64,000 nt of DNA, from the NCBI GenBank assembly GCA_038496445.1, contig JALMLS010000450.1:204603-268602 (forward strand), written 5' to 3'. Positions within the stretch are counted from its first letter, which is position 1. Every line of letters begins with the position of its first letter. This document shows, piece by piece, positions 37,064-49,278 of this stretch. The position numbers and the translations under genes are program-made. Source of the stretch: Trichosphaerium sp. ATCC 40318. Its lineage: Eukaryota > Protista > Tubulinea. The notes under the pieces were generated by a model. That model made no database searches. It saw nothing but the letters and a program-made list of their open reading frames with translations, and was not told where the DNA came from.

Positions 37064-39086
37064 ATGCTACGCACCATACCTAAACGTTTTACAACGACAA
37101 CACAACGAACGCGTAGTAACACTGTCAAATTACCTTCCAGATACTGTCAGACTGCTCATGCGTCACCAGACGTTAAATACGAGCATATAGAGACAGATGG
37201 CGTGCCAATAAAAATGTGGACTAAAGGCAAACTAATCTGAACTCACCATTTTGAGTTTTTTCGAAAAGTTTTTCTGTTCGTCGTGGCTGTTGACATTCTT
37301 TTTTTTTTAGGCGTTGAAGTTGACCCAAAGGCGCTCCAACAAGTGAAGAATATAGCGTCACTTCCTTTTATACATAATCATGTCGCACTTATGCCTGACG
37401 TAAGTCTAACTTAAACCCTTCATACTTAACTATTTTTGGTTTCACAAAGTCGTTTTTTTCTCAATTTCAGTATTTTCAAAGGAGTTTTAAAAGCGCCTTT
37501 ACTCTAGTATTTATTGATTTCTAACGTTTCAAAGGTTCATTTTGGTATTGGGGCAACGATTGGTAGTGTCATTCCGTCAAAATCAGCGATCATTCCAGGT
37601 ACAATCAATCAAAACAAAAAACCTACTTATCGCTCACTAACACTTCCAAAATAGCCGCTGTAGGTGTTGACATTGGTTGTGGTATGTGCGCCGTACAGAC
37701 ATCTATGACAGCTTCTGATCTTCCGGATTCTTTACGAGAAATGCGACTAGCATTAGAAGCAGCTATACCTCATGGTATCTTCAAATTTCCGAACCACTAT
37801 CTCCTCAGATTCTGACAAAGTTTACAGGTAGGACTGCTAACGGTAAAACAGGAGTAGACGAGGGAGGCTGGAGGAATGGTAAGACAGCTTTTAACACAAA
37901 AACCATGGGGTAATTATCGTAGATATACCAGAATATACACAAAGAACTTGGGGCTCAAAGCTCGCTGATGGGTATAATAAACTAAAAGCTAGACATCCAA
38001 AAATAGCATCCGGAAACTTTGTAACACAATTAGGAACTCTAGGCACAGGTAAGCGTTTGTAATCTTAACAAAACCAAACTTACCATTGAATCTGTCTAAC
38101 TTGTTAAGTAAAGGAAATCATTTCGTTGAAATTTGTCTTGATGAAGCTGATAGAGTATGGCTAATGCTTCACAGTGGCAGTAGAGGTGTTGGAAATGGTA
38201 TAGGTAGATACTTTATTGAACTGGCAAAAAATGTATGTGCCATACGATAAGAAGACGAAAACCGAAATTTAGAACTAACTTTTTTGAAAAGGATATGAGG
38301 ACACATATTCGTAACTTACCAAATAAAGACTTGGCATATTTTAACGAAGGTACACCCTATTTATTGATATGACTTGAATGTGTTCTTATGGTAATTGAAG
38401 GCACTAAACATTTTGATGATTATGTGGAGGCGGTAGAATGGGCACAAATGTATGCTTCAACAAATAGAGAAATAATGATGAATAATATGATTGATGCTCT
38501 ACAAAACTTAAATAATCTCCCACCATTTACAACTGTTAAGAAGGCAGTTAACTGTCATCATAATTATGTAAACAGAGAAAACCATTTTGGAGAAGACGTA
38601 TGGCTTACAAGGAAAGGTTCGTTGAAAGGAGATTTTTTTGTTGTTAAACAAACTGCCATTGTTGCTTCGATATTTATACCGATTAGGAGCTGTATCTGCT
38701 CAAAAAGGACAACTTGGAATTATACCTGGTAGCATGGGAGCAAAGTCTTTTATAGTCGAAGGCCTAGGAAACGCAGATAGTTTTCATGTACGTCCGATTG
38801 ATTTTGTTGGATTTTTTTTTGTTGTTGTTTTCACTGCTGTTGTGCTTATGACTCTTAGACTTGCTCTCATGGCGCTGGAAGGGTACTCTCCCGAACAGCT
38901 GCAAAGAAGAAATTCAGCATTGAAGATCACGTGAAAGCAACAGAAGGTGTAGAGTGTAGAAAAGATGCGAGTGTTATAGATGAAACACCTGCAGCTTATA
39001 AAGATATCGATGCAGTTATTGATGCTCAGTCTGATTTGATTAAGGTTCTGCACACCCTTAAACAAATAGTATGTGTAAAAGGATAA
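37064..39086 (+). CDS. rtcB: Bacterial (E. coli-type) RNA ligase RtcB with N-terminal mitochondrial-like presequence, multi-exon
   Basis: PIKMWTKG, HVALMPDVHFGIGATIGSVIP, AAVGVDIGCGM, QLGTLGTGNHFVE, LHSGSRGVG, NCHHNY, TRKGA, IIPGSMG, SHGAGR, DETPAAYKDID, LKQIVCVKG*. N-terminus MLRTIPKRFTTTTQRTRSNTVKLPSRY is Arg/Thr/Ser-rich with no acidic residues. Confidence 0.95.
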
Positions 39087-39161
39087 GCAATAGTTGAAAA
39101 CTATAATAAAAGTTGTTTGGTACTTTTTCCATCAATCAGAAAAAGTCATCTTCAAACCGTA

Positions 39162-39330
39162 TTGGCATGAAAACGGTCAATTGGAGGAGCAGTTCACCTA
39201 CATCAATGGTAAGCTAAAAGGAGAACATAAGCATTGCTATCAATGATAAACGGCAATGGCATGTACTTTTAGAATTACGTGTGAAAACAGCTAGTAGTGG
39301 GAGCAATGTACCTACCTCAATAATGAACAA
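39162..39330 (+). pseudogene. MORN-variant (YwqK/MORN_2-type) repeat fragment
   Basis: WHENGQLEEQFTYINGKLKGEHKHCYQ followed by stops. Confidence 0.6.
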
Positions 39331-39430
39331 AAGACCATGAGTATTTGTAGATAGCATCTTTGGACATTCTCCAAAATGAATCTAGAAGGAAAATAGAACA
39401 CTTATAAATGGAGTTCAACACAACTAAAAG

Positions 39431-40018
39431 ATGGGAGCGCTTTTAGCTCTCAATAGAACCTTCGACCTTGAAAAAATAGGATTAGAAACAGACCCTGCCA
39501 AAATGCTTGCTTGGACGTTTCAGAACTATGGTGCATAACTTGTGGACAGTACAGGTACTGTTTTTGTGATGTTTACAAAATGCCTATTATTTTTTTCTGA
39601 GGTTGGTCTGTGTATGCTATCGAGACTGAGTACTCTCCAAATGGTGATTTGATGGTTGAATTGAAAAGGAATGGGGTTTTCCTTTCTGGGAAAAAAGGTC
39701 GCGATAACCCATGATCACGTGGTACTGAATATTATAAAGATATTGTTGAATACAAATTCATCAGCCACATTCTTGCTTACTGCCATCAAATAGATATGGA
39801 TAGAATATTCATGAATCTTTGTGTTGTTAATAGCTGGAATTATGATATTTATCAGACAGTAAAAGTCGAAGGGCAAGCTTGGTGCTGGTACGAACAATCA
39901 GGTTTTTGACATCCAATTGTTTTTTAAATTCACCAATAAACTTTAATTTATCATACTTACTTACTGCTGCCAATAAGGTGGTGGAAAAGCCCTGCAACCG
40001 TGGCTCCCTGGGTTTTAA
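39431..40018 (+). pseudogene. C-terminal part of the bacterial-like hypothetical protein gene, intron-containing, with premature stop
   Basis: MGALLALNRTFDLEKIGLETDPAKMLAWTFQNYGA*LVDST/GWSVYAIETEYSPNG...DMDRIFMNLCVVNSW...GGGKALQPWLPGF*. In-frame TAA at 39536. Confidence 0.6.
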
Positions 40019-40111
40019 TAAATCTTTGTATACAACGGTGTATTAAATAAAGTAACCCACAGGCTTTTTTACCCAATTTCTGATTTATTAGAAACCTCTC
40101 GTTCTCCTACT

Positions 40112-41851
40112 CTACACACTCTTCTTAGGAAATAATGAGGGTAAGGCTACAACGGTTAGTGGCTCTAGTACAGCCCTTGATATTGTTGTTTACTAGCCAA
40201 CAAGAACATGCAAGTTTAAGTGCACTACATAATTAAAAACGCTAAATCCTCGGAATGTTGAACAGAAAAAGATTTGCACCAATACGTAGGACTTCAGTAG
40301 AACATATTTCCATAATAACTCCCAAATTCTGCCACTTTTATTTAGTTTATCTACATGTCTAGTTCTAGAAAACAACATTCTCCTTTCTCTTTAAAACCAA
40401 ATAGCTTTCTTCCACGAATCCAGAATAAGTAATTCTCAAAAACCAGGAAATGACGTTTGTTGGTTGGTTTGAGTGTTGCATGCTCACCAACTTTATGCTC
40501 TTGTAGTACCTTATAATTGCGCTCCACAAAATGTCCTTTTAACTGTATTTCTGTTGTACCTACTGAATAGCTTGCAGTAATATTTGACAAGTGCGTATCA
40601 ATGTAATCACAATGATCGACACTACCAGATTTATCAAGAATGAGTGAAGTTACTTCAAGCTTAGAATCCACATAGCTATTAGTAGGCTCTGTTCTCTCTT
40701 CAACCACTGCAGTGACGGCAGTTCCTTTGAAAACAAGTGATTGATTAAACTCTACACCTATAAAGAAATATCTCAATTATCATTTTAAAAACCACACGGA
40801 GTTAAGTTTTCGAGCCTTGTTTTAACTGTAGGCTTTGATTACTTTCTCAAAGATGTTATACTATTGGTGCGTACCATTTATATATTGTAAGAAAAGCTCT
40901 GGTGAATGTGTAACATCAGTGTGTACTAAGTATAAATATTTTGGTGTATTTAGTGATCCCCAATAAGTTCCCATAATTATAGACCCTTCTCCAAATGATT
41001 TCAAGACATAATAGGTGGGTATATTTATACCTGTACCCTCGCATACGCGATGTTCAACAATACTAAACAATAAAATAAATCTCCAATACAAAACACAAGT
41101 GCTCAGTCTAAGGAAAAAAAAAACAAGAAAAAAAAAGGAAAAAAAAAAGAAAAGAAATGTTCATACTATTTCTCCTGTTCTGCGTTTTCAAGCCTCCTTT
41201 GTTCGACACAAGACTTTGCCTTACATGGAGAAATTCTGTTAGATCTTGTGAAGTAAGCCCAAAAAAAGTTGCCGCTCCATTGTTCTGAGTCATCACAACA
41301 AATCAAAGCACCCATGTGATAATGCAAATAAGGAGCATTGTAAGTGCAATAACCCTCATACATCCCATTACATTTACGCAGTCTCTTGTAATACGACTTC
41401 CATGACTCTACAGTACTCTGTAGAGAGCTTGTATCTATTTCAAAAGAGTTCTGTATGAGTTGACGCCAAATAAGGTTGCTTGAAGCAAAAACGTTGCTTC
41501 AGAGATAAAATTAGTAAAAAAAACACAACTACACAAAGGTTTTATATGAGGTTTTTACGTACTACACTTTGCATGTGGTTGAAAACATAAGAAGAGAGTG
41601 AGCGTTTAGGAATGTCAGTACTTTTTCAGTTAATTCTGGCGGTAAATACGCTGTTAGAGTGTCCTACAGTAATTTAGTATTAAAAACGGCGTCAAAACGC
41701 GTTTTGTACAAAGAAAGGAACAAAAATGCGCGTTACGCTATAAACGCGTTTACTGAAGCTTTTTTACCTCCATTAATGGCGTAGATGCATCTTTTCGTGA
41801 TTTCGGACGTACAAATCGCTGAACAACACCAAAGAGGGATCTTTTCGCCAT
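40112..41851 (-). CDS. F-box protein, multi-exon (3' end approximate)
   Basis: Spliced LPPELTEKVLTFLNAHSLLMFSTTCKVY...SNLIWRQL...SWKSYYKR is an F-box. Downstream exons include ORFs 40861..41091 and 40351..40776. Confidence 0.65.
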
Positions 41852-42047
41852 TTTTGATAAACCTAGAGTCGTGGGAGGGGTTTCAGCAAGCTTCTAAAAG
41901 TCAGTAACAATAAACGGCTCGAGTGAACCAGCTTGTGAATCAACTGTTTGGTTATGGCTTATCCAATTCAACACAAGCACAGTAAAAACGTTTATTTGTA
42001 ACTTAAAAATTGTACAGTTGCCACAAAATATAATCTCTTCACAGCCT

Positions 42048-42498
42048 TTAGAATTTTATTATCCCTTCACCCTCGCACTGACTATGATTTGCAACTGAAA
42101 ATGTAGAGTCGTTTGTACAACCAAGGGCTGCAAAGCAAGGGCTACTACTGTTAGAACAGAGTTATAAGCACACTTGTGATGAAATTGCTTTCACTACACA
42201 CGTGCGTGGATCTGCTTGCAACAGTTCAGTGCTTGTAGTCACAAACAATGTATTTGTTGATGGTAAATATGACATTGAATTGGGTGTATCAGTAAAACTT
42301 TGACATGCTAAAAAATCGTAGATTAGAAAAGGTACTAGGGGTAATGCCTGTACTTTGTAGAACAGATGTTGGATCTCCTGATCGAAGTTCGAAACCTCTA
42401 CCATTTTCATTGTTAATAGCATACGCATTACTCCCTTGAGCGATTGCAAAAGCAAGCTGTGAGCAGATAGCGAATAATATGATAGCTGTGGTGTTCAT
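42048..42498 (-). CDS. Small secreted hypothetical protein
   Basis: Signal peptide MNTTAIILFAICSQLAFAIA. Exons in ORFs 42289..42600 and 42162..42455. The 3' end is uncertain. Confidence 0.45.
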
Positions 42499-43467
42499 TG
42501 GATGTTGTTTGTACAAAAGAGTTAAACAGCTTACAAAAAAAAACCAAATTACAAAAAAAGTTCGTTTGAAAAACATCATGCTAAGATTTTCCTTATACAA
42601 TTCACGTAACTAACTATCCAATGCCTAAAATCTCCTCATTCCAAAGATTAAATACCAGTATTCTAAGCATGTTTTTTTTTCGCACAGTATTAGTAAAGTA
42701 CACGAGTTTCTCAAGATTTTAAACGTCAAATTCACGCACTTGCTTAAACTGTCAATATACATGATGACAGCACAATGTACTCTTCTCTCCAAGTTCATGA
42801 CGATGCTAACGATTACAAGTAACAACTTTTTTTTGCTTACTACATTGATTGAATCGTCATTTTAATCAGTAACCATAAAAAAATGTACAAAAAAAGTTCT
42901 GAACTTTTTTTCAAAGTAACTTGGACAATAGCGCTACCCAAACGGCTGAATGGCTAGCAACACTTGAGAGTTCACAATACTTGCCTTTGGTGTATATCGC
43001 ACTAGCTTGACCTATTGTAACATCATTGGACGGACCTCTTCTATGCAGATGGTTTCACTACAACAGTACAAGAGGTGCTTCAAATAAATTTGTCACATGC
43101 TTTAAACCTTCGGTAAATGGTCATGTTAACTTCCTTTTTTTGTTTCAACCTTGGCACGCAAGTCACTTTTATGTGTGTTCGTTTATGTCAATTAACAAAA
43201 TAGAGACTTTTACAAAGTGTGCAGTGTAAATGCCCATACAGGAGGTGGACGATTTTGGGTCTTTTCCTAATTTCCACCCTTACCCTTCTGTGTACTTTGT
43301 AAAAAGTCATGTTATCAGATTTGCAAATTATTCCTACAGCACCAAATGTGTTTCATGGAGATAATAGTAAGTTTTTCTTACTGATTAATAGAACTTTACT
43401 AGAGCAACCTTACACAGATTAGACATATTGCACATGAAGCGAAATAATTTTGCTGAATGTTTCCAAG

Positions 43468-44265
43468 CTAATTAATTTTGCGCCTACCAGTGCACTTTTT
43501 CCTATAGCCATTATGATAGTAGATAGCGTGTACACCTGCCAATGCCTTCAAACCTTCATATGTTACATTTGTAAGTGATAAAGTAATCGTATGTACACCT
43601 GCCAATGCCTTCAAACCTTCATCTGTTACATTTGTAAGTGATATACAAATATCATGTACACCTGCCAATGCTGCAATGCCATTGTCTGTTATTGACTCAC
43701 AACTATACAAGGAGATTGAGTGTACACCTGCCAATGCCTTCAAACCTTCATCTGTTACATTTGTATCTGATAAATCAATCTCATATACACCTGCCAATGC
43801 TGCAATGCCATTGTCTGTTATTGATTTACAATTACATAGGTTGATAGTGTGTACACCTGTCAATACCTTCAAACCTTTATCTGTTACATTTGTAAGTGAT
43901 AAATTAATCTTATGTACACCTGCCAATGCCTTCAAACCTTCATCTGTTACTTTTGTAAGTGATAAATTGATATCATGTACACCTGCTAATGCCGCAATAT
44001 TGTCGTTTGTTAGCGCACATCGAGTGAGATCAATAGTTGTATTGTGGAGTAATGGACTACCAGAAAGCATTTGAACTTCGTTTGTGTTTTTAATACTGAT
44101 ACTACCATACCCAACATGGTTATGAACAATATCTTGTAAAAGATGGCACGTTTGGGCTGTACGAAGTGTATATGTCCCTTGTTTGAGAATATGGACTATT
44201 AACTCAATTGGTAGCGCAACAAGGTCGAATACTTGGTTGAACTGTGTTTGTTTTTTCTTTTCCAT
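43468..44265 (-). CDS. Intronless F-box/leucine-rich repeat protein
   Basis: LVALPIELIVHILK...AQTCHLL (F-box-like), then about 8 units of 21-22 aa (LAGVHxINLSxTxVTDEGLKA) encoded by 63/66-bp tandem repeats. Confidence 0.85.
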   Translation of the reverse strand: MEKKKQTQFNQVFDLVALPIELIVHILKQGTYTLRTAQTCHLLQDIVHNHVGYGSISIKNTNEVQMLSGSPLLHNTTIDLTRCALTNDNIAALAGVHDINLSLTKVTDEGLKALAGVHKINLSLTNVTDKGLKVLTGVHTINLCNCKSITDNGIAALAGVYEIDLSDTNVTDEGLKALAGVHSISLYSCESITDNGIAALAGVHDICISLTNVTDEGLKALAGVHTITLSLTNVTYEGLKALAGVHAIYYHNGYRKKCTGRRKIN

Positions 44266-45008
44266 TGTATGCTCGCCGTTAGTTTTCGTTGAGCAAATGT
44301 TATAAAGTAAAAGGAGAACTAGAGGGATAAATGCGTTTAGCTGGGTGATATTAAACACTTAATCACAGTTCTTACCGACATTAAGCCACGTTGTACACGC
44401 TTATGTAAACACGGGCAGAGTATGTTGTACCGGTTAATGATTTTGACTTTAAGATACTGTGATATAACAGTTGAGTGGTTTAAGTTTTTATTAAACACAC
44501 GTGTATCAAGACACTTGCTTTACATTACTCAAAAAGAAAACAAACAAAAGAACAACATACTACAACTTCATATACTTCAAACTCTAACTCCTTCTGCTAT
44601 ATCGTACCGTCTGGCTTGAGACCTTTCACAAAGAGTTAAATCACCAGGACGTAGTAGTATATCTATGTTATAAGCGCACTTTGTACTGTCCAGGGTTCAT
44701 TGTGAACCAATCACAAAGATTGAATCATCACTTGCTCCTGGTAAAAAACAGTTCGTGGAAATCACGTGACAAAAAACAGAGCTGCTTTAAGCACTGCGTC
44801 TTGCCTTCTCTGCTTCAAAAGTATCACATTACGGTATAAAACAGCATCTTGTTTGAGTTATATTGTGGGACAGCCTGTTATACGTTCTAAGCCTACAAAC
44901 AACCTAATAAAAGTACTCAAAAAAGGTAACTAGTACGAAATGGTGAACAATCTAATCGGTTGATTTTATTTTAGACAAGTGCTACAGAGGAAAAATTCAA
45001 GAATGGCA

Positions 45009-47442
45009 CTACTGTGATTTGGTATCGATATCCATACAATCACAAGTAGGGCCCCAAAGTCCACAAGACTCACAAGGACCATCATTACCAGAAAAAAGAT
45101 AAACAAACTCTTCGACCAGCTTGTCATACTGTCCTTTTCTTGCACATGAAATACAGTGTGCCCAGCAGAGTGGTGTTGCTTTGGCTCTCGCAGCAACTAG
45201 TTGTTGTCGCAACTCGTTCTCCCTGGCTTCGGTTGTTGACAGATTTGTAGCTTCTTCCAACCAACTAATGTAAGCTCTGTCTATAGCAAGTTTTTCTTCA
45301 GGATAGGTGATGTTTAGGTACGCCATAACATAGACCAAATTGAGCAGGTCATCCGAAGGACCATACGTGTGTACCATATCTGGTTTTAAGGCTTGAAGCA
45401 GTTTGAAGTCAGCAAATTTTAGCCCTCCTTCAACGGCCACAGGAGCACCATAAACCACAGCAGAGCCCCAATCTATCAGTAAAGGCTCTTTAGTGACATT
45501 GTTGATAACAATATTTGACACTGAAATGTCTCTAAGAAAATAGTAAGAATACGAAAGGTTCACGTGATAAAAAAACCGAGTAAAGAATTTTATAAACGAA
45601 CCTGTGAATTACTTTCCGCTTATGTGCCTCCTTTAGAATAGTCACAAGGCCTTCAAAGAACTTTGGAATATCTTCAATATCCCTGAACTTGCGTATTTTA
45701 ACGCCTACAGGTTCTGTTACTATTATGTTCTTTGTAGCCTGTATCTGTGGCAAGAAGCAGTAAGTAGATGAACTTATATGCAAAAATAACAAAGACGAAA
45801 CGTACCAGCTTTGGAACACCATTCACACCTTGCAATTGTTTCAAAAACTTGATCTCTCGCTCCATGGCTACCTTGTGAGGACTAGCTTCCCCAAAGTCTT
45901 TTACAGCGACTACGACTATCTCTTTACCTCTTTTAACAGGGACGGAATACGCTGTGGCAGTTGCACCAACGCCCAACACTGAGTGAGCAACACACATTTT
46001 GTTGTTGATCTTAAAAGATCGAACATCATGGCCGAGAGCTTCGGGGCTCTGAGAGAGCAAGCCAAATAGCACTCTTCCACCTTTGCCGTTTAGATTGTAC
46101 GGCCCGTACTTGTAGTACTTTTGACTTGAAGGGCTTTGAGGATCCATCTCCAACTTGAGAATCATTACACGTTTGTAGTTCATCAGAATACCATATGCGA
46201 CCTGTCTCGTTTTTTGGACGAGCATTACTTGGTTGAGGTAGTAAAATGTCTGTCCAATGTGCTTGGATTTGAGGGTGTTGTGACCTAATAGACAAATTAA
46301 TATACAAAAACAAGAAAGAAGAAAGGTAGAGAAGTTACGTACGGCCGGCCTTCATTTCCCACACAGCTATCAAATGGTACAGCTTCATTGTATTTTTTTC
46401 TGATACTACGATAGACTTTGGAAGAATCGATAGATCAGGCTTGGTCTTCTTTCCATCAGCACCAGGCTCTGTCAAAAGTATTTTATGTGTATTGTATACA
46501 CTCAAGTGATTAAGTTTGAACTCCTCGAAAATGGTAGCAACTGCATTTGTAAAGGCGTCTTCATTTTCCCACTCTTGCTTTCTGCCTTTTTTCAGCAACG
46601 CCGTGAAAACAGCCGGAGGAGCAACATCTGGAAAGGTAATTTTAAACCGCTCGATTACCTTAGCAATCACACTACCGTACTGGTCGTAACCTAAAAGAAA
46701 TGAGTGAAAATGCTTTTACAAAAAAAAAAAACTTGAAACGTACTGTGATATGTAAACTTTGAGCATGTAACATCGCGACCGTAACTTCCTAATTCTATGT
46801 ACAACATGATCAAATTAATGTTCATGTAATCGACTGCTTTTTTAGTTGCTTCGGCTGCTTTTTTAGTTGCTTCGGCTGCTTTTTTAGTTGCTTCGGCTTC
46901 AATTTTTTGCCTTTTTACTTTCGTTTTCACATTGAAAGCTCCCGATCTCGCTTTTTTTCACGATTTTTTGCCTTCTGTAACTCCTTCTTGTTGTTTTGTA
47001 ACTCAGTCTGAGTCTTATGTAATTCTTGTTTGTTTATGTGTAACTCTTGGGTGTGTTGTTGCAAGGTATCATTCATATGTTTTAAAATTTGTTTCAGATC
47101 AATCGATTCGTTTGCCAATTGATCATTATGCCTGAGGCATTTTTGTTTTGGAGACTCATTCTCGGGATCTAAACGAGTTGAAATAAGCAAAAAGTTTTTC
47201 GTAAAGCTAGTTACTAGAATTTGAACATAAAAAAATTTGAAAACTTAAAGAAAAGTTGAAATCACTTGAGGTTTCAAGTGCGAAGTTGCAGGATACCAGT
47301 ACGTACGTGTATAAGCATATATAGCCTCAACCAAAGGTATTTTATTCATTTTATACCCTTGGTGAATGCGCATAGTCTTTGCCATCTTCTTCAGGGCGTC
47401 CATGTTGAATTGCATCAAGTCGTTTTTTCCAAGGTCTGCCAT
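45009..47442 (-). CDS. Crinkler/CR-like effector, copy 1: Rho_N-like header, coiled coil, PD-(D/E)xK nuclease fold, FunK1-like protein kinase, Cys-rich tail
   Basis: Header: ALKKMAKTMRIHQGYKMNKIPLVEAI. Nuclease fold: KPDLSIL...VWEMK. Kinase: LGVGATATAY, VAVKD, EIKFL, IHRDISVSNI, LIDWG, DDLLNLVY. Tail: CESCGLWGPTCDC. Confidence 0.75.
46834..46896 (-). repeat. 21-bp tandem repeat x3 encoding the heptad EATKKAA
   Basis: ctgcttttttagttgcttcgg x3. Absent from copy 2. Confidence 0.9.
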
Positions 47443-48860
47443 TTTTGATGATTAGTTGCGTTGGTGCTGTGGATTGAGATTATGGTTTTTTCATCAAGAT
47501 TTACAGGAGATAATATCAGATATCACGTACGTTTGATATCATCGACACTATCAGAGTTGCTCATTTTACCTTGATAGAAATAGTTAATCACTGAACTTTC
47601 TCTTTTCTCAAAAAGTGTGAATGGAGTTTAGGAATTCCCACAAGCTTTCTATCACCAAACAGAACCTATGGGTAACACAAGAATGTAATTCTATACCTCA
47701 CAATAAAACGCATGAACTATATGTATCCAGATAAGAAAAATAAAGCGGGAGATAACCACAAAGATGGATAGTTTTACTATGAGTATAAGAGTATTCTAAG
47801 CCGTTAACGGTTTATCGGACTTTCTCTTAATTTGTACACAATTTGTTGCGCTTTATTTACTCTTACACTCTCATTAACCTCAATAGCGCACTGATGTACA
47901 TAACTGTGATGGTCTCGTAAGTACCTATTTCAGCGATTTGAAGCTCCGAAAAAAAAAAGTAGCTTTGAGAGGAAAGTTTTCACTGTAAAAAGACGTTAAC
48001 GAGGTCAAACAGTAATTGTTGTCATTCAACCAAACAAGTTTAAAATTTATACACAAAATACGCGTTCAGATCAATTTTATGGTTTCGTCAAGCAAAAAAC
48101 TTTGGTGTAGAGAGCGGTAGTAACCATCAAGTGTAAAGTTAAAAGTTACATGTTACGAAAATAAAAAAAATAAAGAGATAAAAAAATCACGACTCAGGTA
48201 TTCACTTTAAAATTTGTTTGGCCTATAAAACAAGCGACTGCAACAACATAGTAGTTCTTTCTAATGAACATAATTTAGCTGGGAAGATTAAAAAACTTAC
48301 GCGTTTAGCGTACTCAAACACTTTAAAAAACAAGTTTACGGAATAAAGCTACGGTTTGATAGATAAGACTTTGATGTTTGAAAAACTCAATAAAACGCAA
48401 GGTAAGAAAAGAATGTGGTTTCAGGAAAAAGCCTTTTGTGAGATTTAAACTCCATTCTACAACATCAAACTACTACGTACGTTATGTTTACAGCAGTTAA
48501 TACGCCCTCATATGTATTTAGTGTGATAAGCGCTGTCGCTTTGAAAGAACTATTTTCTGGTGTTAATTCTCAAATTTTCTTTATACTACAAGCCGTTGTG
48601 AGCGGTTTTGGTTGCGTATACTTGCCTTTTTGGATTATCAACTGTTAAAAAACTGTATTACACCCAATAACCTGTAATATCGTAATTAATCGCGTAGACA
48701 AGAGTAATAAACGTTTTTTGGCGGTCTTTTAAACAAATACGTTACCACGAAGTTAAAAAAGGTCAAACATAGTTGTATTCCAACAAATACTATGTGTAGA
48801 GGGTATTTATATGATTAGTTATGCAAATTACTCTTCATAAGCAATGTTTCCTTAAAAACA
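47440..48860. repeat. Non-coding direct repeat, copy 1 (upstream of kinase copy 1)
   Basis: 47440-48160 is nearly identical to 57061-57780. Weaker similarity continues to cataagcaatgtttccttaaaa (about 48836 vs about 58600). Confidence 0.9.
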
Positions 48861-49278
48861 AGTTTTCGAATTGCTTTTTTTCTTGTTTGTCTACAAAGTC
48901 TCTTTTTACACAGAGCGGAAGCCAACATGAAGGTACCATCGAAATCTTGCGGTTTGATTGTTGGTGCGTTGTTGGTGTATGTAGAATCGTCTTGGTTGCT
49001 GTAAAACAACTGCAAAAGCAACTTTTTTTCAGCACGTGAAAGTTGAGTGCCATGAGCTCGGCTGATATGAAAGCTAGCTTTACAAGCAAACTAAAATACA
49101 GAAGGCATATCTTGGGAGTACTCAGGTAACATGCTAATAGAGTTAAAGCACATTGTTTGTGCGCGGAATTTGTTCGCCTAGTACATTTCAGTGATTCTAA
49201 AAATAGAGTTGTTAATTAAGTTTGTCTTTCTCCTTCGGTTTTAATACACCCTTAGTGACAATTTGCAATAGCATAAAC

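Noticed and set aside
37064-39086. Bacterial contamination as the source of rtcB, TerD, GH and tail-tube-like genes
   Set aside because: All are interrupted by spliceosomal introns of the same style as neighbouring eukaryotic genes.
43638-44074. Plus-strand repetitive ORFs (43638..43844, 43676..44074)
   Set aside because: Antisense shadows of the LRR repeats.
47600-49100. Short ORFs within the duplicated upstream regions (also 57809-58698)
   Set aside because: Indels between the two copies break the frames; no transposase or other motif.
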